Below, one piece after another: positions 59,015-64,000 of a stretch of DNA of 64,000 nucleotides. A program made the translations under genes and the position numbers. Origin of the DNA: an uncultured delta proteobacterium (lineage in GTDB: Bacteria > Myxococcota_A > Polyangia > Polyangiales > Polyangiaceae); NCBI GenBank assembly GCA_963806225.1, contig CAWDXG010000004.1, forward strand, positions 3,776,001 to 3,840,000, read 5' to 3'. Below the pieces are notes generated by a model. The model saw only the letters and a list, made by a program, of their open reading frames with translations. It ran no database searches and had not been told where the DNA came from. Numbering within the stretch: the stretch's first letter is position 1; each line of letters begins with the position of its first letter.

Positions 59015-61535
59015 ATGAAACGCGGGTTCTTGCTGGTTGGTGGTCTGGTTGGAGTCGTGCTGGTCGTTGCGGCCTGTGGCAGCCATGGAAGCGCTCGCCC
59101 GGGCGCCCCGGGAACCGGCGGTACGGACGCGGGAACTGGAGGCGCGGCCGGCAATGCGGGCAATGCGGGCGCGGCCGGCGCGGCGGGTGCAGCCGGCAGC
59201 GGAGGCACCGGCGGAACGCTCACGACACCCTGCGCCGCCAACGATCTCTACGTCGCTCCGGGCGGCGACGACGCAAACCCCGGCACCGAGGCCAAGCCTT
59301 TCAAGACGATGGAGGCCGCGCGCGACGCGATCAGGACCATGAAGGCCGGAGCGGGCCTGCCGGCAGGCGGCATCGAAGTGTGCCTGCGTGGCGGCTTGTA
59401 TCCGCGCGACAAGACCTTCGACCTGACCGACCAGGACTCGGGCACGCTTTCGCAACCGATCGTGTGGCGCGCCTACCAGGGCGAGACGCCCCGCATCGTC
59501 GGCTCCATCGAGCTGTCGGGCAGCGACTTCAAGAAGGTGGACTCGAGCTCGGCGGTCTGGAGCCGCCTCGACTCTTCCGCGCAGGGGCATGTGCTGGCGC
59601 TCGATCTCGTCGAAGTACACGACCGACTACGGCTCGCTCGACACGCGCCGTTCGGACAAGGGCGGCAACAACTCTGCCGCCGAGCTCGCCTTCAACGACA
59701 GCATGATGCAGCTGGCGCGCTACCCGGACTACGTCAAGGCGAGCGACGTCCCCGCCTACCCGAAGACCATCGACGTGAGCGGCAGCGGGCTGAACCCGGA
59801 TGTGAGCGGTACGTACAGCCAGGCGGGCACCTACAACGGCAAGCCCTACTACAAGCTCTCCGGCCAGAACTGGTTCATCTACTTCCGGCCGCAGAACGCC
59901 GTGTACTACCTCGCGGATCTGAAAGCGCTCGGCGGCGCCGGCACCTATGCCTGGTGGAGCGGTGGCGGCTCGTACCCGACCGGCTCGTACCACCCCGATT
60001 CAGGCAGCCCGAGCGGAATGCCGTACGCCGAGTCCACCGACAACATCGGCTTTGTCGCGTATCGCCTCGACGCCGGACAGCACGCACTTCGTGTATTCGG
60101 GCACGCGCCCGAGTCGCTGGGGCGCCGCCAAGGACATCTACATGTTGGGCTACTGGAAGTACCTCTGGGACGCGCGCAACGTCGCGGTGACGAATATCGA
60201 CACGGGGACCAAGACCATCACCGTCACCAGCAATCCGTACGGCATCAACGCGCACGAGCCGTACTTCGCCTACAACCTGCTGGAAGAGATCACCGTCCCG
60301 GGCGAGTACTACATCGACCGTTCCACTGGCACGCTGTACTTCTGGCCGCCGGGCGACAGCACGAGCGGCGAGCTGATGCTCAGCATGCTGCAGGATGACC
60401 TGGTGCACCTGAACGGCGCCAAATACGTCACGCTTCGCGGCCTCACGCTCGAGCTAGGGCGCGGCGAGCTGGTGCGCATCGAAGGCGGCTCGGACGACGT
60501 GCTCGACCGCTGCACCCTCGGAAACAACGGCAACGATGCCGTCCGGATCAGCGGGCTGCGCAATGGCCTCTCGCACTGCACGCTGCACGACATGGGCGGC
60601 GACGGCGTCGTCCTCTCGGGCGGCGACCGCAAGAGCCTGACGCCCGGTAACGACTTCGTGAAGAACTGCGACATCTCGCACTTCGGCCGTATCTTCTGGA
60701 CGTACCACCCGGCGGTGACCATCACCGACCCGTCCAGCCGGCAATCACGAGGCCAGCGACGGCAACGTCGTCGCGCACAACCACATCCACGACGCACCGC
60801 ACGCCGGCATCCTCTTCAACGGCAACGAACACCACATCGAGTACAACGTGATCGATCACGTGTGCGAGTGGGCGTCGGACGCCGGCGCGATCTACGGCGG
60901 GCGCGCGTGGGACTATCGCGGCACCGAGATCCGCTACAACTTCATCCACGACATCCAGAGCCCGCTGGGCCCCGCCGTGCATGGCATCTACCTCGACGAC
61001 TGCTTGAGCGGCGAACACGTGTTCGGCAACGTGCTGTACAAGGCGGGGCCGTCTTCGGCGCTCATGCACGGCGGCGGACGCGACGACATCTTCGAGAACA
61101 ACATCATCGTCAAGTCCGGCTCGGCGCTCCACACCGACATGCGCTGCACCACGGCCATCAAGCACGACGGCAGCAGCTGGGACTTGCTCAAGAAGGCCGA
61201 GGACATGAACTATACCGAGGACCCGTGGAAGACCGCGTATCCCGCGCTGGCCGCCATCCCCGACAACTGGTCCGCAGATCGCCGGCTCGCACTGGCTGTA
61301 CCCCGAGGGCGACGTGTTCTCGCGCAACATCGGCTGGAAGAACGACCTGTGGACGGTCGAGAGCAGCGGCAATCCGCTGTCGTTCTTCGCGGAACAGAAG
61401 GACAACATCGAGGACCAGGACCCGCAGTTCGTCGACGAGGCGAACCTGGACCTGACGCTGAAGTCGAGCTCGCCGGCCTTGTCGATCCCCGGGTTCCAAC
61501 CCATCCCGTTCAGCCAGATCGGCATCCAGAAGTAG
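59015..61535 (+). CDS. Right-handed parallel beta-helix lipoprotein, probable polysaccharide-active enzyme (frameshifts near 59605, 60070, 60745, 61285)
   Basis: VAAC lipobox; YVAPGGDDANPGTEAKPFKT, LARYPD, NLLEEITVPGEYYID, DAGAIY, GIYLDD, HGGGRDDIFENN. Confidence 0.85.
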
Positions 61536-61538
61536 CGC

Positions 61539-63352
61539 ATGCTCGGGCGGGCGGTCCGGTTCGCGCTGTCGCGCGGCGTCGAGGCAGGCTCGGTGCTCGC
61601 GGCCGAGCAAGCGCTCCGACGGGCTCGACCCGCTGCTCAAGGTGCTAGCGCTCAAACGTCTGGATCGCGTGATCGCGGAGGCGGCGCGCACGACGCAGCT
61701 CGACGACGAGGCGCATCGTCTCCGCATCGCCGCGATCATGCTCGACCGGCGCGTTCCGGAAGTCGGAGTACGACGACGACGCCGCCATCGCCGGCGAGTA
61801 CGCCCGGCTCGAGGCCCCCGCCCCGCCGCGCCGCGGTCCGTGGCTCGTCGGGCGGCGCCGCGCTGACCCTGGTGCTCGGCGTCGCAGCCGCAGTCACCGT
61901 CGTGGTGCTCACGCGCCCGTTCGATCCAGTCGAAAACGCCCGCGGGTCGCGTGCTGTCGCGCACGCTCGGTCGACTTCATCGTCGTAGCCGATCGCAGGC
62001 CGCCGAGACGACGGCCGCGCTGGCACGCGCTGCGCGATGCCGCGAGCGACGACCGCGCGCAAGCGCGCGCTGGGCAAGGGTACGGCCGACGCTCGGGACA
62101 TCTGCTCGACACGGCGCGCGCGCTGGCCGAGGCGGCGCCGGCGGATCGCCAAGCAGAAGACGGACGCCTTCTTCTCCGCGACGAACACGCTCGACCAGTC
62201 GCTGGACGCGGCGAAGCTGCCCTACTTCGTCGATGCCGACCTTCTGCCGCGGCCGGGCGCTGCGGCTCCGCTGCTGTTTTCCTTCTACGTCGAACGGGAC
62301 AAGCGCGTCGCCGTGGCCGGACAGCACATCCGCGTGGTCTACCTGTGGCGGCTCGACACGCTGAACGTCCGGCAGAACTACCTCGGCTACACACGCGCTC
62401 GCATGCCAGCAGCGCTGGTGCTGCTCGACCAGATCGAGGACGAGCTGGTGCGTCTCGCCCTGCCCGCTATTCCGGCGGGCGAGCCCGCGGAGCTGTTCGA
62501 CGTAGACACGCGGCTCTCGCACCCGGATCGAGTCAAGGCCATCGAGGCGCGCGCGGGTAAGGTGATCCGCCGCCACTACGCCTCGATGCCCGCGGAGCTG
62601 CGCGCCGACGCCCAGCGCGTCGGCGAAGCTACTGGCGAGGCGGCGCGCGCTGGTCGAGAAATGGCAGGTGACGCTGCGCTGCCAGGGGCTCGAGCTCAGC
62701 GTTCCCGATCGCCTGATCCCCCCGCAAAGTACTCGCAAGGAGCTCGAGCTCCGGATTCCGCGCGACCAGCTGCGCGAGTGGGACGAGATTCACGAAGCCC
62801 TGCTAGCAGCCGGAGACCCTGCACGCATTCGAGCGCCTCCGCGATCGCTACGCCGCGTCGGTCGAACGCCACGAGGTCCAGCACCGTATCGACTACGCGC
62901 GCGGCCTGGTGCCGGTGCCGCCGCTTCTGGCGTCGATGCTGCACGTGGACAACCCCCTCGACGCGAAGCCGGGCTCGCTCGCCGCCCGCGCGCGCGACGA
63001 GATGTCCGCCTACCTGGCCGAGCTGGCGGGGCAAGCAGGACTCTCCGCTACTGGCCCTGGTGCTGCTGTCCCGCTTCGTGCTCGATCGCGATCTGTCAGC
63101 CGGGAGTCTACTTCTACGCGTCGCTCGCGGCGTTCGAGGGCATCGGGCAGGAGCTCGGCCTCGATGTCGAGTCGATCCTTGGGCGGGGCGCCGACGCCAG
63201 CGATTCGCCAGGCTGCTGTTTGCCGTGGTGAAGAACACGCCCGCCCGGATCCGCAAGGCGGCGGCTGGGCTGCTGCGAACAAGCAGTTCGGCGCCAAGCT
63301 GCCAGCGGTCCAGACCGTCAGCGAGAAGCGGAACCGGCCGTGGCGGCATTGA
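61539..63352 (+). CDS. Heavily frameshifted hypothetical protein with a putative zinc-metallopeptidase motif
   Basis: Protein-like segments in successive frames; HEVQH at 62870-62884 followed by RDEMSAYL. Confidence 0.55.
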
Positions 63353-63387
63353 TTACAGGCTTTGTCGAGACCGATCAGGTTTCGTAA

Positions 63388-63873
63388 TCAATGTGCCGCG
63401 TGCCCCACGCGAAGCTCCCGCGACGAGACGGAGAGCGCGGCGGCAGCGCAGATCAGCGCGTCGAAGAACGCCAGCGCCGGCCAGGGCGTCACTGCACCGG
63501 TCGCGCCCTGCACGTACAGTGCGATCACCAGCATCGGGATGCCCCAGCCCAGCGCGAGCAGCGGGACCGCCCAGAGCGCCCAGCGCTCGTGGTGCCGCCA
63601 GGGGATCGCGAGGATCACTCCGACCGCCAGCGCCGCGACCAGCGTCGGCGCGCCGATCGCCTTGACCATCGTGAGGTAGAGCAACTGCAGCTGCGGCGAC
63701 ACGTCGCTCCACTGCTGCCCATACGCCGCCGCGTGGTAGGGCAGGAAGCGCGGCGTGAACAGGTACATGAGTCCGGTACCGAGCATGCCGAGCACGACGA
63801 GCACATAGCTCGCGAACGCGGCGTAGCGACGCGATGCGGGATTTGTCGTGGGCCATGCGAGGATGCCAAGCAT
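63388..63873 (-). CDS. Four-TM membrane protein
   Basis: GLMYLFTPRFLPYHAAAYGQQW plus four hydrophobic helices; start uncertain (63873, or 63856 with a frameshift). Confidence 0.7.
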   Translation of the reverse strand: MLGILAWPTTNPASRRYAAFASYVLVVLGMLGTGLMYLFTPRFLPYHAAAYGQQWSDVSPQLQLLYLTMVKAIGAPTLVAALAVGVILAIPWRHHERWALWAVPLLALGWGIPMLVIALYVQGATGAVTPWPALAFFDALICAAAALSVSSRELRVGHAAH

Positions 63874-64000
63874 CCCGCGTGCCATGGGACGCCGCGGGTC
63901 GAGCCGGAGATGCGCGCGGGATTTTCGCGCTGGGCGCACAAGGGCAGCGACACGTTGCGCCCACGAAGCTCGATTTGTGCGCATGGCGCGCCGGGCACGG

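Noticed and set aside
59015..61535. Programmed frameshifting or phase variation
   Set aside because: No slippery heptamers or homopolymer runs seen at the breaks; pattern matches window-wide indel errors

Overview
High-GC chromosomal window, most likely from a myxobacterium (Myxococcota, Polyangiales-like). That assignment rests on many Gly/Ser/Thr-linker lipoproteins, Myxococcus-type Cys-rich repeats and a MYXO-CTERM tail. About 50 genes: housekeeping (PhoH, enolase, NAD kinase, NUDIX, serine acetyltransferase, Nif3), nucleotide signalling (GAF-HD-GYP, TM-GAF-GAF-GGDEF, class III cyclase-YHS) and many surface lipoproteins (two paralogous Cys-rich vWA proteins, FGE-type, LamG, beta-helix, GH25 lysozyme). 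Also present: a lone OmcA/MtrC-type decaheme cytochrome, a DUF2760/Hsp70/Hsp70-DUF3731 trio split by about 6.5 kb, an ECF sigma/anti-sigma operon, and a translationally coupled pseudokinase + degenerate HD-GYP pair, which is the most unusual module. No rRNA, tRNA, CRISPR array, integrase or transposase was recognised. About ten genes carry scattered frameshifts that look like long-read assembly indels. All family assignments come from motif recognition by eye; no database searches were run.
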